Sequence record: OL770107
Length of the DNA: 64,000 nt
Strand: one strand, 5' to 3'
Source: Escherichia phage CLB_P2
This document shows positions 1-10,300 of this stretch, in pieces. Both the position numbers and the translations under genes were made by a program. The stretch's first letter is position 1, and each line of letters starts with the position of its first letter. Under the pieces are notes generated by a model. The model made no database searches. It worked only from the letters and a program-made list of their open reading frames with translations, and was not told where the DNA came from.

Positions 1-119
1 CTTTTAATAAACTCTTTAAGTCTTTAACTGAAGATGAACGTGATACTCTTATTGAGCAATTTAATGAAGGGTATGAAGATATACACCGTTATCTAATGAT
101 GTATACCTCCAATTTTTAA
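1..119 (+). CDS. asiA: anti-sigma70 factor AsiA, C-terminal fragment (gene starts upstream of window)
   Basis: Frame-3 ORF running off the 5' edge; tail ...LTEDERDTLIEQFNEGYEDIHRYLMMYTSNF resembles the T4 AsiA C-terminus as I recall it; convergent with holin t as in T4. Confidence 0.55.
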   Translation, partial: FNKLFKSLTEDERDTLIEQFNEGYEDIHRYLMMYTSNF

Positions 120-769
120 CGAGTTCGACCTAATGTTCTCCCAGCCTGACCACACATAGACGAAAGTCTAGGAAATCCTAAATCCGGTTTGATATCGTAC
201 CAATATAATGATATCGAGCCGGCATAGATGTTATCCAAATTAAAAAACGGGCATGAAAACATATAAGTGAAATGGGTTTTCTCCTTTGTAGGGAGAAACA
301 CAGATTCAGTAGATGATTCAAAATAGTTCCCGTTAACTCCCGCCATATACTCTACTGACGTTTTGTCAATCGGGAATCCTCCCGTATTTTTTGCGTCTAC
401 CGTTTCCGGTAATTTACCCTCATAAGCTACCATATCCACAAAATAATTCATGTTGGTTGGCCTAAAAGAATATATTGCTGTGAAGTCTGCGCCTGAAGAA
501 GAATGCACTATTCGGAGCTGCTCGATAGCCGCAATTTTAAATCTATTGTCCTGGTCTTGTCTAATCATTTCAGTATAAGAGGCATAAGTTGTCTCTTTGT
601 AAAAGTTTAGAATATGCTCGCCTTTATACCAAACCAATGCCATAAAGAACAATAATATTACGACTAGGACCCGGGAAAAAACTACTTTCCCGGAAGAAGT
701 ATCTTTAAAAATTCTATCAAGAAGTCCAAAAAGTAGGTCTGTTATCGAAAATCCTACTTTTGGTTCCAT
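116..769 (-). CDS. t: holin (T4 gp t type)
   Basis: 217-aa ORF; N-terminal hydrophobic segment VLVVILLFFMALVWY; strong resemblance to T4 holin T (218 aa) incl. FNLDNIYAG and YSFRP-N-NYFVD motifs; sits next to gene 38. Confidence 0.85.
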   Translation of the reverse strand: MEPKVGFSITDLLFGLLDRIFKDTSSGKVVFSRVLVVILLFFMALVWYKGEHILNFYKETTYASYTEMIRQDQDNRFKIAAIEQLRIVHSSSGADFTAIYSFRPTNMNYFVDMVAYEGKLPETVDAKNTGGFPIDKTSVEYMAGVNGNYFESSTESVFLPTKEKTHFTYMFSCPFFNLDNIYAGSISLYWYDIKPDLGFPRLSSMCGQAGRTLGRTR

Positions 770-787
770 ACTTTTCTCCTTTAAAGA

Positions 788-795
788 TATTTATA
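788..795 (-). promoter_or_regulatory. T4-type late promoter core (TATAAATA) upstream of holin
   Basis: Minus-strand TATAAATA about 20 nt upstream of the t start codon. Confidence 0.45.
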
Positions 796-806
796 ATACA
801 GAAGTA

Positions 807-1595
807 TTAAACTCGGCTGCCGTGAATAGTACCAACGTTTTGCCAAGAAGGAGCATTACCTGTAACGGCTGCACCAGCAGAACCACCTGCAGAAGTATAA
901 ACGTTAGAACCCCATCCTCGTCCGCCGCCAGCACCAACGTTACCGCCATTACCCGCGCCGTATTGGACCGTGGTACCACCTGTGCCTGCAGCAGTTAGGG
1001 ATGCGTTTGAACCGGACAATATGCTATCCGTCCCTATTTTCCCGCCGACGCCGAATGGTCTACCACCACCGCCACCACAGGAACCGTTAGTCGGGTAGTT
1101 ATTTTGCAATGATACTGCGCCACCACCGCCACCACCGCCAGCAATAGTACCGTTGTTCCGAATGCGTAATTTGGTTCCTGCTGAGTTACGTATCGCAACA
1201 CCACCATTTCCGCCTGCTGAACCGTTAGTTGAACCATTACCACCACGTCCATAAACAGTTACACCACTATTAATAGTAAGTTGAATATATGCATTAGGAA
1301 GGTCGCTAGGAAATTCTAAACAAGCATTACCTGTACTATTGGATACTAAATCGCCTGTTATAGTAATAACTACGGGCGCGCCACCTTGAGCTCTCATCCA
1401 GTTGATTAGACTATTTCTATCATAGTTATGGTTAGCCCCTATAGATAAGTAAATTTCTTTTGATTGGTTAGCCATCGAACCCATCCAGCCTGGAACTGCA
1501 ACACGAACATCTCGCATTGCAGCATCCATCCAACGTTGACCTGTTTCGTCAACCGCAGATTGTCCAATCCAACCAGGTAATCCTACAATCGCCAT
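807..1595 (-). CDS. 38: long tail fibre tip adhesin gp38 (T2-type, glycine-rich)
   Basis: 262-aa ORF directly downstream of gp37; N-terminus MAIVGLPGWIGQSAVDETGQRWM; several poly-Gly tracts (GGGGGGGAVS, GSCGGGGGRPFG, GAGGGRGWG) separating short variable segments, as in T2/T6-type gp38. Confidence 0.8.
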   Translation of the reverse strand: MAIVGLPGWIGQSAVDETGQRWMDAAMRDVRVAVPGWMGSMANQSKEIYLSIGANHNYDRNSLINWMRAQGGAPVVITITGDLVSNSTGNACLEFPSDLPNAYIQLTINSGVTVYGRGGNGSTNGSAGGNGGVAIRNSAGTKLRIRNNGTIAGGGGGGGAVSLQNNYPTNGSCGGGGGRPFGVGGKIGTDSILSGSNASLTAAGTGGTTVQYGAGNGGNVGAGGGRGWGSNVYTSAGGSAGAAVTGNAPSWQNVGTIHGSRV

Positions 1596-1606
1596 TATAA
1601 ATCCTT

Positions 1607-1624
1607 AGAGGGCCGAAGCCCTCT
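1607..1624 (-). promoter_or_regulatory. GC-rich hairpin in the 37-38 intergenic spacer
   Basis: Perfect inverted repeat AGAGGGC-CGAA-GCCCTCT between gp37 stop and gp38 start; no clear U-tract, so more likely an attenuator or processing structure than a strong terminator. Confidence 0.3.
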
Positions 1625-1626
1625 TA

Positions 1627-4600
1627 TTAGTTTAACTTAGCTTCAAGTTCTTTTACTTTAGCCGACAGAGTTTTAACTGCTTCAATTAATAGAGCAACTT
1701 GTGCCTGAGTAGAAACTGTCAGAACTTTATTACCTTTGATATCTTCAACTTCACGAATAGCTTCAGGTAATACTTCATTCAATTTCTGTGCAATAACACC
1801 TGCTTCAGTGTGAACAACCTCTCCACCAATATAATCAGCTTTATCATAGATTAAACCATCAAGCTGTTCAACCTTTTCAAGAGCGTTTTCAATTGGTTTG
1901 AAGTTTGATTTCAAACGAATATCAGAACGAATATAAACGTTTGGAGCATTTATATTCATATCTGAATAAGTGTCACCACCTTGGAATCGCATACGGCGAG
2001 AAGCATTAGTCCAAACTTCTAAAAGACCGTCACCAACTTGTCTAAAACCAGTATCGCTATCCCCAATTACAAGTGAGTTACCACCAAACCCGTTTATTGT
2101 GTTAATACCGAAGGCACTTGTTTGTGGTAGCAGTACTTTACCTGGACACTCTAAAGTACCGTCCATTACAAAGCGCCATCTTGCTTGTTGGCCATTAGCA
2201 TTGTCGCCACGTATACGAATAATACCATCACGCCATCCAGCTGTGGTACCAGAACCAACCCAACCAAACTCAAAGGTCTGACGATAACCTGCTGAACCAT
2301 AGTTACTCCACGCTCCGACAATAGGATAATAACTACCTGAATTGGATAAATCACCATGGTCTGCCATAAAGGTGATTTTAGGTTTCATTGCATCTGAGTT
2401 ATCACCCCAGCCTGCAGGTGAACGTGCAGAAGAAACTACACGAGAGGTAATATTACCAAGGTTTGTATTACCGCCTGTAACGTTTAATCCGCCACCAGTA
2501 ATATTCAGACCGTGGTTCATACCAACGCGACCATCAGCCATATTAATAGAGAAAGGTCTTAAGCCATTCCAATCACCATTAGCCGCATCGGGTTTTTCTG
2601 TCGTATTTTTATCTGTAGCTAAAATATAAAAACTTCCACCGTCGTTTCTAAGTAAAGCAGCATTAGAATCTAAATCATTACCTTTAGATTTAATACGCAT
2701 ACCTTTTTGGTTATTGGTAACATATTCACCACGAGTAACAATATCTGATTCACCAGCAGCAAACATTCCGTCAATATTGTTCAGCATTCTTACAGATTTA
2801 CCTACAATATGACCTTCAGGTAATGTTTCTACCAAAGGCTGGATGCCGCTATCCATACCTACTACGGTTACTTTACTATTGCTACTGCATGTATATTCTA
2901 CTACTAAAGAATTAGAATATCCACCCAAATAAACGTAAATATCATAGATATCTTCGCTTGTATTAACCGAAGCAATCTGGGAAATAGCTTCAGAAGTCCT
3001 ATTCCACAACGTAGCATTAAGGCCTTTAGGGTTATTATTACCAGTTCTAAGGATTATTTCAGCTATTGAAGCCTGACCATAACTTTTAAAATTAAATCCG
3101 GAACCACCAAATATTTTAAAAGATACCGTGCCTGTTGACTGCGGAATTTCTACAGTAGCAAATTTATACCAACCTGTAGTAGCACCACCCGACCATCCGC
3201 CCATATTAACTTTATGGTCTAATGTTGAATTCAGGTTTTTAAAGTTGTCTAAGGTAGAACTGCCTGTAATGTTACCATCTGTACCAATACGAATATCAGA
3301 ACCTATTTTAAGAGGCTTGGTTATATCAACAGTATCAGAGTTTAATGCAATACCATGTGAATAAGTATAGTTATGTAAACGAACAACGTTACCGCCGTCA
3401 CCAATACCAAGATACCATTTTGTAACGTCTGCTTTACGTCCTTGGATAAAGTTGGATGCTGCTTGAGATGAAGCATTCAAAACAATACCATCGGAATCCA
3501 TATTAACACGCAACCTACAGTCAGTTTGGACAAATTTACTTACGTTGTCGACTGTAAAAAGTGGACCACCTGTAGATTTATTCCCCATTATAACGGTACC
3601 ATTGGCTAAATTAATAGACAACGGACGGAGGTCGCTTATTCCACCATTTTCACCGGCGTTTTGAAGGGTAGGAATAAGATGGAATGAAGCAGAAGAACCC
3701 GTTTCTGAACGACGGAAAATCAAACCATATTCAGCGTTCCAAATTCTTAATGCGTCAGCAGTACCACCCATTTTAACTTGGCCACTAATTGAAGCGCCGC
3801 CTTGGACAAACAGGCCATTAGTCATGGTAACATTGCCACCAAAAGAACCGGTACCGGATGCACTTATATTTCCGAGACTAGAAAAATGACCTGTTTCAAC
3901 AGAGCCGTTGAACTTGAAGTTAATAGGGCCTACAGTTTCACCGGAAGCCGGATTAGTACGTTGGCCATAGAAATAATATCCTTGTGAATCTGATACTTCG
4001 AATACAGTTTCTCTATTACCGCCACCGGCGTTAAATGAGTTACCCCATGCTTTCATGGTAACGGTATTTTTGTTCTGGCCATTTCGGGTACCAGCGTCCC
4101 AGTTAATGGTTTTTGTACCATCAACACCGGTAGGAGCAGTTAATGCCAATGCAGAAGTATTATTGTTTGCGTTAAGAACTAGGCCGTTATTAACCATTAA
4201 ACGCTGTGTAGTAGAAACTGTGCCGTCTGCTCTAAGATTTAATTCGTTAACCCCGGTCTTAATATTTAAAATACCAGGTTCAATAATCATACCTTCTGCC
4301 ATAGAAATGGCTACACGACCTGTGCCACGGAAATAATGATAAAGTTTACCATTAGAATTATAACCCAAATGGGTTTGGCCATCCCCGGAGTTATTACCAT
4401 CTATTTCGGTTCTAATAGAAACCATAGAAGAATTCTGGCCCGGCAGAAGCCAAGTAAGCCCCTGGTCATTACTACGTCCAAATATGGTTTTGCTTGTACC
4501 GCGGAAACCATCAGTAGTAATAGAAGCAACAGAATAACCTCCACCCACCAAATCAAAATTACCTTGTTTAATATATTTTAAACCGGTCGCGGTATCACCT

Positions 4601-5493
4601 AAAACTAGGTATTTGTCACCCATAGCTCCGGTATTACCATAATCGCTAGATGGGAAATCGGTAGTCATAGTACCTAATGCAAGGCTATTTCTACCAATCA
4701 AACGGCCGTCGTTACGAACACCGTATTGTTTAGACTGAGGAGTATTACCTGTCCACCAAGACATTTCATCAGCTTGGCCTAATTGAGCAGTACAAAGCTC
4801 ATGCCACATAGTGCCGCCAGATTTGGCACGAACTTTACGAAGATAGTTTACACCATTTGTTTCGCCGGTGCCCGGGTATACGTAATTAACTAAAGATTGG
4901 CTGTCATACTGTCCAAACGTTTTTGAATCATGGTTTACTAAGTTAACGGAAATTGTAGGTGTTGATATTGAAGTTAAAGCCGCTAATTTACGAGCCTGAA
5001 AAATACCACCATCATTAGAAATAAAGTGAAACTCTGAATTTTGCGCGCCGGCAGCAGTACCTTGGCGAACACGCATGGTAATTACGCCTTCATTTTCAAG
5101 CTGTGGTTTAGCATATAAAACACCACGTTCAGTGCCATTTGCGTTTTCAAACCAATAATGTGCGTTAGAAGTATCATTAGACGCTCTAGAATAAAATGAG
5201 CCCTTACTAGCTCGGAAAACAGGGGCAGTAATACTACCTTCAGTTCTCATACCTGCCGTACCTGTTTGGACAAGTTCACCATTTAAATTCAAAGTCCCGT
5301 TAATATTAACATCACCATCAACTTGTCCACCTTTAGCAAAGCCCAAATCAATAATCTGTCCTTGGTCTGACTTAGTAAAAATAGTGCGGTCACGCAAGTT
5401 AATAGCCAGTTCACCTTCATCTAACTGGGCTGCAGTAGGCTTGGCTCCTGCTATTTTACTTCTTTTAAATTGTATCGATTTTAAAGTAGCCAT
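1627..5493 (-). CDS. 37: long tail fibre distal subunit gp37
   Basis: 1288-aa ORF after gp36; conserved N-terminus MATLKSIQFKRSKIAGAKP...; position and size fit gp37. Confidence 0.85.
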   Translation of the reverse strand: MATLKSIQFKRSKIAGAKPTAAQLDEGELAINLRDRTIFTKSDQGQIIDLGFAKGGQVDGDVNINGTLNLNGELVQTGTAGMRTEGSITAPVFRASKGSFYSRASNDTSNAHYWFENANGTERGVLYAKPQLENEGVITMRVRQGTAAGAQNSEFHFISNDGGIFQARKLAALTSISTPTISVNLVNHDSKTFGQYDSQSLVNYVYPGTGETNGVNYLRKVRAKSGGTMWHELCTAQLGQADEMSWWTGNTPQSKQYGVRNDGRLIGRNSLALGTMTTDFPSSDYGNTGAMGDKYLVLGDTATGLKYIKQGNFDLVGGGYSVASITTDGFRGTSKTIFGRSNDQGLTWLLPGQNSSMVSIRTEIDGNNSGDGQTHLGYNSNGKLYHYFRGTGRVAISMAEGMIIEPGILNIKTGVNELNLRADGTVSTTQRLMVNNGLVLNANNNTSALALTAPTGVDGTKTINWDAGTRNGQNKNTVTMKAWGNSFNAGGGNRETVFEVSDSQGYYFYGQRTNPASGETVGPINFKFNGSVETGHFSSLGNISASGTGSFGGNVTMTNGLFVQGGASISGQVKMGGTADALRIWNAEYGLIFRRSETGSSASFHLIPTLQNAGENGGISDLRPLSINLANGTVIMGNKSTGGPLFTVDNVSKFVQTDCRLRVNMDSDGIVLNASSQAASNFIQGRKADVTKWYLGIGDGGNVVRLHNYTYSHGIALNSDTVDITKPLKIGSDIRIGTDGNITGSSTLDNFKNLNSTLDHKVNMGGWSGGATTGWYKFATVEIPQSTGTVSFKIFGGSGFNFKSYGQASIAEIILRTGNNNPKGLNATLWNRTSEAISQIASVNTSEDIYDIYVYLGGYSNSLVVEYTCSSNSKVTVVGMDSGIQPLVETLPEGHIVGKSVRMLNNIDGMFAAGESDIVTRGEYVTNNQKGMRIKSKGNDLDSNAALLRNDGGSFYILATDKNTTEKPDAANGDWNGLRPFSINMADGRVGMNHGLNITGGGLNVTGGNTNLGNITSRVVSSARSPAGWGDNSDAMKPKITFMADHGDLSNSGSYYPIVGAWSNYGSAGYRQTFEFGWVGSGTTAGWRDGIIRIRGDNANGQQARWRFVMDGTLECPGKVLLPQTSAFGINTINGFGGNSLVIGDSDTGFRQVGDGLLEVWTNASRRMRFQGGDTYSDMNINAPNVYIRSDIRLKSNFKPIENALEKVEQLDGLIYDKADYIGGEVVHTEAGVIAQKLNEVLPEAIREVEDIKGNKVLTVSTQAQVALLIEAVKTLSAKVKELEAKLN

Positions 5494-5501
5494 AATGCCT
5501 C

Positions 5502-6161
5502 TTAATAATATCCAAAATCTTCAGACGTACCTCTAAGAACAACCTGGTCAATACGAGGAACATGTTCGTTCAATGTACCTGGATTCCTAGATATGAAATT
5601 CGGGGCTGAAAGAACACCAGCCATAGATTGTATGTTACTATTATTTATTTGGACCTGTTTTGCGTTATCTACATCACTTAATCCAACCTGGGCTTTAGTA
5701 GGGGTGTTACCAGGTGAAAATACTCGACCGGATTCATCTTTAATCTGACGGCCAAGAATATCGCCCATTACGGTAAGACGGTTAGCTCCTACTGTAGTGC
5801 TAGGGTCAAAGATTACAAATGGCGTCCCATCTGCTGTTTCAAGTCCCATACCTTTACTCATTCTAAATGAGAAAGAATACGTAGTCGACATTGGAGTAGT
5901 ATTGGTTTTTCTACCTAATTTAACCCAATAACCATCCGAATCTTTAAATTGTAGGTCTTTATCAAAGTTTACAGTACCCAAATAATTCCCACCGTTGGCT
6001 TTAGAAACAAAGTCGTTATCTGCGGCTTGGGGCTTATTAAATTCGGTATAGATTTTGTAGGTTTTATATAAAATATCATTTGATACCGGCGTCAGCGGAA
6101 AGTTACCTTGGTGCCATATAACGGAACCTCCAGCGGTTGAGCCTAATTTTAAATCAGCCAT
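5502..6161 (-). CDS. 36: long tail fibre distal connector gp36
   Basis: 219-aa ORF between gp35 and gp37 (T4 gp36 about 221 aa); N-terminus MADLKLGSTAGGSV. Confidence 0.8.
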   Translation of the reverse strand: MADLKLGSTAGGSVIWHQGNFPLTPVSNDILYKTYKIYTEFNKPQAADNDFVSKANGGNYLGTVNFDKDLQFKDSDGYWVKLGRKTNTTPMSTTYSFSFRMSKGMGLETADGTPFVIFDPSTTVGANRLTVMGDILGRQIKDESGRVFSPGNTPTKAQVGLSDVDNAKQVQINNSNIQSMAGVLSAPNFISRNPGTLNEHVPRIDQVVLRGTSEDFGYY

Positions 6162-6186
6162 AGTTATTCCTCTTTATTAGATAACG

Positions 6187-6194
6187 TATTTATA
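6187..6194 (-). promoter_or_regulatory. late promoter core TATAAATA for gene 36
   Basis: Minus-strand GCTATAAATACG about 25 nt upstream of the gp36 start. Confidence 0.5.
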
Positions 6195-6218
6195 GCAAAA
6201 AGGGACCTCACGGTCCCT
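6195..6218 (-). terminator. hairpin terminator after gene 35
   Basis: Minus strand AAGGGACC-GTGA-GGTCCCTT followed by TTTTTG, overlapping the gp35 stop codon. Confidence 0.5.
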
Positions 6219-7342
6219 TAATATTTTTCTTTAAATTCTTGAACAAATACTTTACCTGCATTACCGGATGATTTATCATTCAACTGTGCAATAACATTAT
6301 CCATTGAACGGGTTTCTGTACCAAAGTTCATACGAATACCGTTAACACCAATTTCGGCGGATTTAGGAGTATCTTCAGGTCTAGCTATTTCACCAAACAC
6401 AACATTTCTAACACCACCTTGACCGTCTAGGACAGTTTTTCTGGCATATAAGGTAAATCCATTAGCATTTAATGGAACTTCTACTACACGCTCAAAGGAC
6501 ATCCATGCGCCTGCCGGTGGGGAGCCAGCTCCTACAGGAATATTGATATCAGTGGATTGAAGCATTTCTTGCCCATTAAAAAATCGTATGGACATCTGGG
6601 TCGTCCCTAAATCTTTTAAAGCCTGGTCATAGGTCATTTGGAATTTAAGATAAAAGAAATCTCCTGGAACCATATTATAATCTGCACAAGGAGTTATAGT
6701 GGCTTCAGTAGGAAACCTTTTAATTTCTTGGGTAGCTCCACTATAATAAGTATTTTCATCTTCGACAATTCTAACCGGGAATCCTGTCCCACCTACGTCA
6801 TTAAAATTATCATAAACTACTTCTAACGGAGTTGAAACATCTTCAACTAAAACACCGTCGTTATAAAGAACGTGCTCCATTACAATGGCATTTCTTCCTG
6901 AAACGTAAAAAGCTGAATAAGAAGTATCCACTTTATCAATGAGCCATTTATCTGGAAAGGCCGCAGACCCTGCAGCTCTAAACCAATCAATTAACACTTG
7001 CGAGGCGTTTAATTTGCCGGAAGAAATAAAGCAAACAATTCTACCGGCAGGTATAGAAGAAATATAAGTTATAAACGCTTGGGAAATAACATCATGGTCT
7101 TTGGTAAAGGCGTATGATTTTGTAGCCACTATTGTGTTATTTGTCGGGTCTATTTCAACCAAATTTAGCCCGGATTGGAAATTCTGAGGACCAAAGTCCT
7201 CATCTTGAAATTTAATATAAGCCTTTTTAGTAGACTTAGTACAGCTCCCTGCTATACTAAGTTTATAACTAACGGCATTATTTTCAGATAGTACAGGAAT
7301 TTGAACGTAATCTTGTCCAAATTCAGCCATAAATCTTTCCAT
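6218..7342 (-). CDS. 35: long tail fibre hinge connector gp35
   Basis: 374-aa ORF (T4 gp35 372 aa) between gp34 and gp36. Confidence 0.8.
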   Translation of the reverse strand: MERFMAEFGQDYVQIPVLSENNAVSYKLSIAGSCTKSTKKAYIKFQDEDFGPQNFQSGLNLVEIDPTNNTIVATKSYAFTKDHDVISQAFITYISSIPAGRIVCFISSGKLNASQVLIDWFRAAGSAAFPDKWLIDKVDTSYSAFYVSGRNAIVMEHVLYNDGVLVEDVSTPLEVVYDNFNDVGGTGFPVRIVEDENTYYSGATQEIKRFPTEATITPCADYNMVPGDFFYLKFQMTYDQALKDLGTTQMSIRFFNGQEMLQSTDINIPVGAGSPPAGAWMSFERVVEVPLNANGFTLYARKTVLDGQGGVRNVVFGEIARPEDTPKSAEIGVNGIRMNFGTETRSMDNVIAQLNDKSSGNAGKVFVQEFKEKY

Positions 7343-7350
7343 ATTACCTC

Positions 7351-10300
7351 TTATGGTGTATCAATCCATTCGAATTTAACAGAACGAGTTACCGGGTCCG
7401 GAATTATACGAACGTTACCAATACGCAACCAATCACGAATGGTCAAGTTACTCATTGAAGCATTATCAGAAGGTAATGCACCGATATCAGACGGTTGAGG
7501 TGGATTACCGCCATCAAATACCTGAACAAATCCAGACCAAGCATTTTTATTTTGCTGCCAAGTACGAGTCCAACGAGTAGTGCTTCCGTCTGCAGTATTT
7601 GGATAGGTAATCCAATCCTGGTAAAGTGAATTCAGAGTGTTACCGAACTGAGTTAACGTACCAGGCGATTTAACTTCTTCACCACGAACCAAATACGGCA
7701 ACCCTGTTACTTCGTTAATTTTTTCAACCATTTTAAAATAACCAGGGAATTGGTTATATGTGGCTTCGTCATTAACGTCAACAGACCAAAAGCCGGTATT
7801 GTCTGCATTAGGTTTTCTGGAATAAAGGTCGGCAGGTTTAGTACCTTGAGAACGAATTCTCGAGTTAACCGTTAAACCACCTGAGTTAATAGTTGCGCCT
7901 TTGGCAATAATAAGACCTTCGCCAATTGTAACCTGGCCAGATGTATTACTAATAGCTAATGGTCTTAATCCATTAAAGCCACCTGTTTGATCGCCTGAGT
8001 CGGTCAGCATAAAATAGACATTAGAGTTATCATTACGAATAAAGAATCCATAATTACCACTAATTGCTCTAAATGCGTTCGAACTATAAGATATAAATTC
8101 GCCCTGAGCTGTAACCGAACGACCGAATGTTGCAACGCCATTCACATTCATTAACCCGGAAGCATTCACATTTATCGGCATTACAGTACCATTAATGCTA
8201 AACGCTATATTACCATCTTTATTGCGTTGGGAATAAAAATGGTTAGACGTTTCATCACCGACTTCAAACACGGTAGAACGACTCGTATCCGAACCACCGC
8301 CATACTGGTTACCCCATACACGGATGCTCATTGACTGAACCGGGTTAGTTCCTGTTTGAGGGCCCTTTTCAAATACTATACGAGTAGCCGTTCCCGTGTT
8401 ACGGATAGTAAATGTACTATTAGCAGCTAAAGAACCACCAAATTCACCGGTACCGCCTGTAGCCAACTGGCCATCCACTCTGATGTTTTTACGAAGGGTT
8501 AATGTTCCTTCAACTATTTGGTCGATATCTCTCCTGACGAACTGAGAGCTATCCAGGTTGTCCAATTTATCAGAGTCAAAAGCCTTACCTTTAATCGGAA
8601 GATAGTGAGTTAACGCCGTATTCAATTGAAGAGGGGAAATAGCAAAGCCGTTGTCTTCAAATTTGGCCAGGTTAGCAACAGAACCATTAGTATCGTCACC
8701 TTCCCAAGTGGCTGTACCTGTAGTTAATTTAACATATCCTCTACGAGCAGAAGTAGCTTCCCAGGATTTTTCCTGTTGGACGATATATTTGTAATGCTTA
8801 GGACTAAACGCTTTATTACTTACCGTACCATCAATAACTTCGGCCTGAGTAGCAAGCTGGATAATACCTTCGGCATTTTCGGTAGCCTTTTTAGCTTGAA
8901 GCTTAAGCGGAGTAATGATTGTTTTATCATCGGTTCCGGTATTAACTTCAGTTTGGGTAGCCAAACGGGCCGTACCACGTTGGGTATTACTTGCTTCACG
9001 GATATCTAGTGTATAATGGTTCCATAAGGTTCCTGATTCAACCAAACCACTGGCTACTGAGACAGAAGTTCTAGCAGTATTATCAAATCTTGTTTTAATT
9101 TTCAACGGAGTTGAAATAACATTATCTAATACACCTGCATCAAATTCTACTTGAGTACCAATACGAGCAATACCAGTTAAAGTCTCTGTAGCCTTCCTAT
9201 CATTTAACGTCTTAGGCGTTACCGCACGAGTATAATCAGTTCCAGCATCAGTTTCCTGTTGCGTAGCAATTTCAATTAAACCATGATTGGTATCAGTAGA
9301 ACGACGAGCACCTAATGTTTCAGGTGTGACAACCGAGTTACTAAAACCAGGGTTAGTAGCACCAGCATTAACTTCGGCTTGCGTAGCAAGATATACAGCA
9401 CCTTGGTTATTTTGGTCGGCTTTATACTGGTCCAAAGCTTTAGGAGAAATAACTAAAGTAGTAGTGTTCTTATTATAAACGTTGGTACCTACAGTTGCTC
9501 TGGAGTCCGCAGGAGTGGTTCCTGTGGTAGATACATATTTTACTATACCAGATAGGCTTTCGGTTCCCTGGCGCGTCTGTAGCTTCTTAGGAGTGATAAT
9601 GGTTGTATCATCAACACCTGCATCAGTTTCCTGTTGCGTAGCAATTTCAGCTACACCACGACGAGTTTCGGTAGCAGTACGTTCGTTTAATTTCTTAGGA
9701 GAAATAATCAAATCGTCCTGGAAAGCGAAAGTTGTATTCTGGTTTACCTGAGCAGTTGTAGCAATACGAGCAATACCACGACGTGATTCGGTGGCAACAC
9801 GATTAGCTAAAGTCTGTGGAGTAATTGCAAGTTCTTTTTCAGGATTATTTTCATGGTCGACGTTTGCCTGGGTCTGAGATGCAAGGGCAATAACACCGAG
9901 ACGAGCACGAGTTAAATCATCCTTAGAATCCACACGTTCTACAGTAGGAACGTTCTGAGCAACCACCCAGTAGTTAACGTTAATATCTGTATCTTCAAGA
10001 TAACTTAATTCGATAACCGGAGTATAACTTAAGTTACCATTAAAGGTCAATACGTCATTCAGAACCCATTCAGTATCCGGTGGATATTCCGAACGTTTAG
10101 GGAACTGGAGCAATTGAACCGAAGAAGCAATTTTATCACCTACAGCAGCCTTAATATTTACTGTCTGGGCTTTACGAAGGTAGTTCAATGCGATTTTAAT
10201 AGTATCGCCTTGCGCTACGTTAGTAGGTAAAGTGATATTAATAGTTTGTGGAGTTGTGTTATTAGGACCAAAAACAATAACACTTTCATTAGCCAAGAGC

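Noticed and set aside
1034-1252. Short ORFs overlapping gp38 and gp37 (1034..1252, 1970..2281, 2342..2629, 3128..3364 and others)
   Set aside because: Embedded in or antisense to the long tail-fibre ORFs; no start signals and no recognisable domains.
807-1595. Glycine-rich gp38 might be mistaken for a collagen-like protein
   Set aside because: The Gly runs are homopolymeric (GGGGG) without Gly-X-Y triplet periodicity or proline enrichment, unlike the true collagen-like ORF at 53274..54779.
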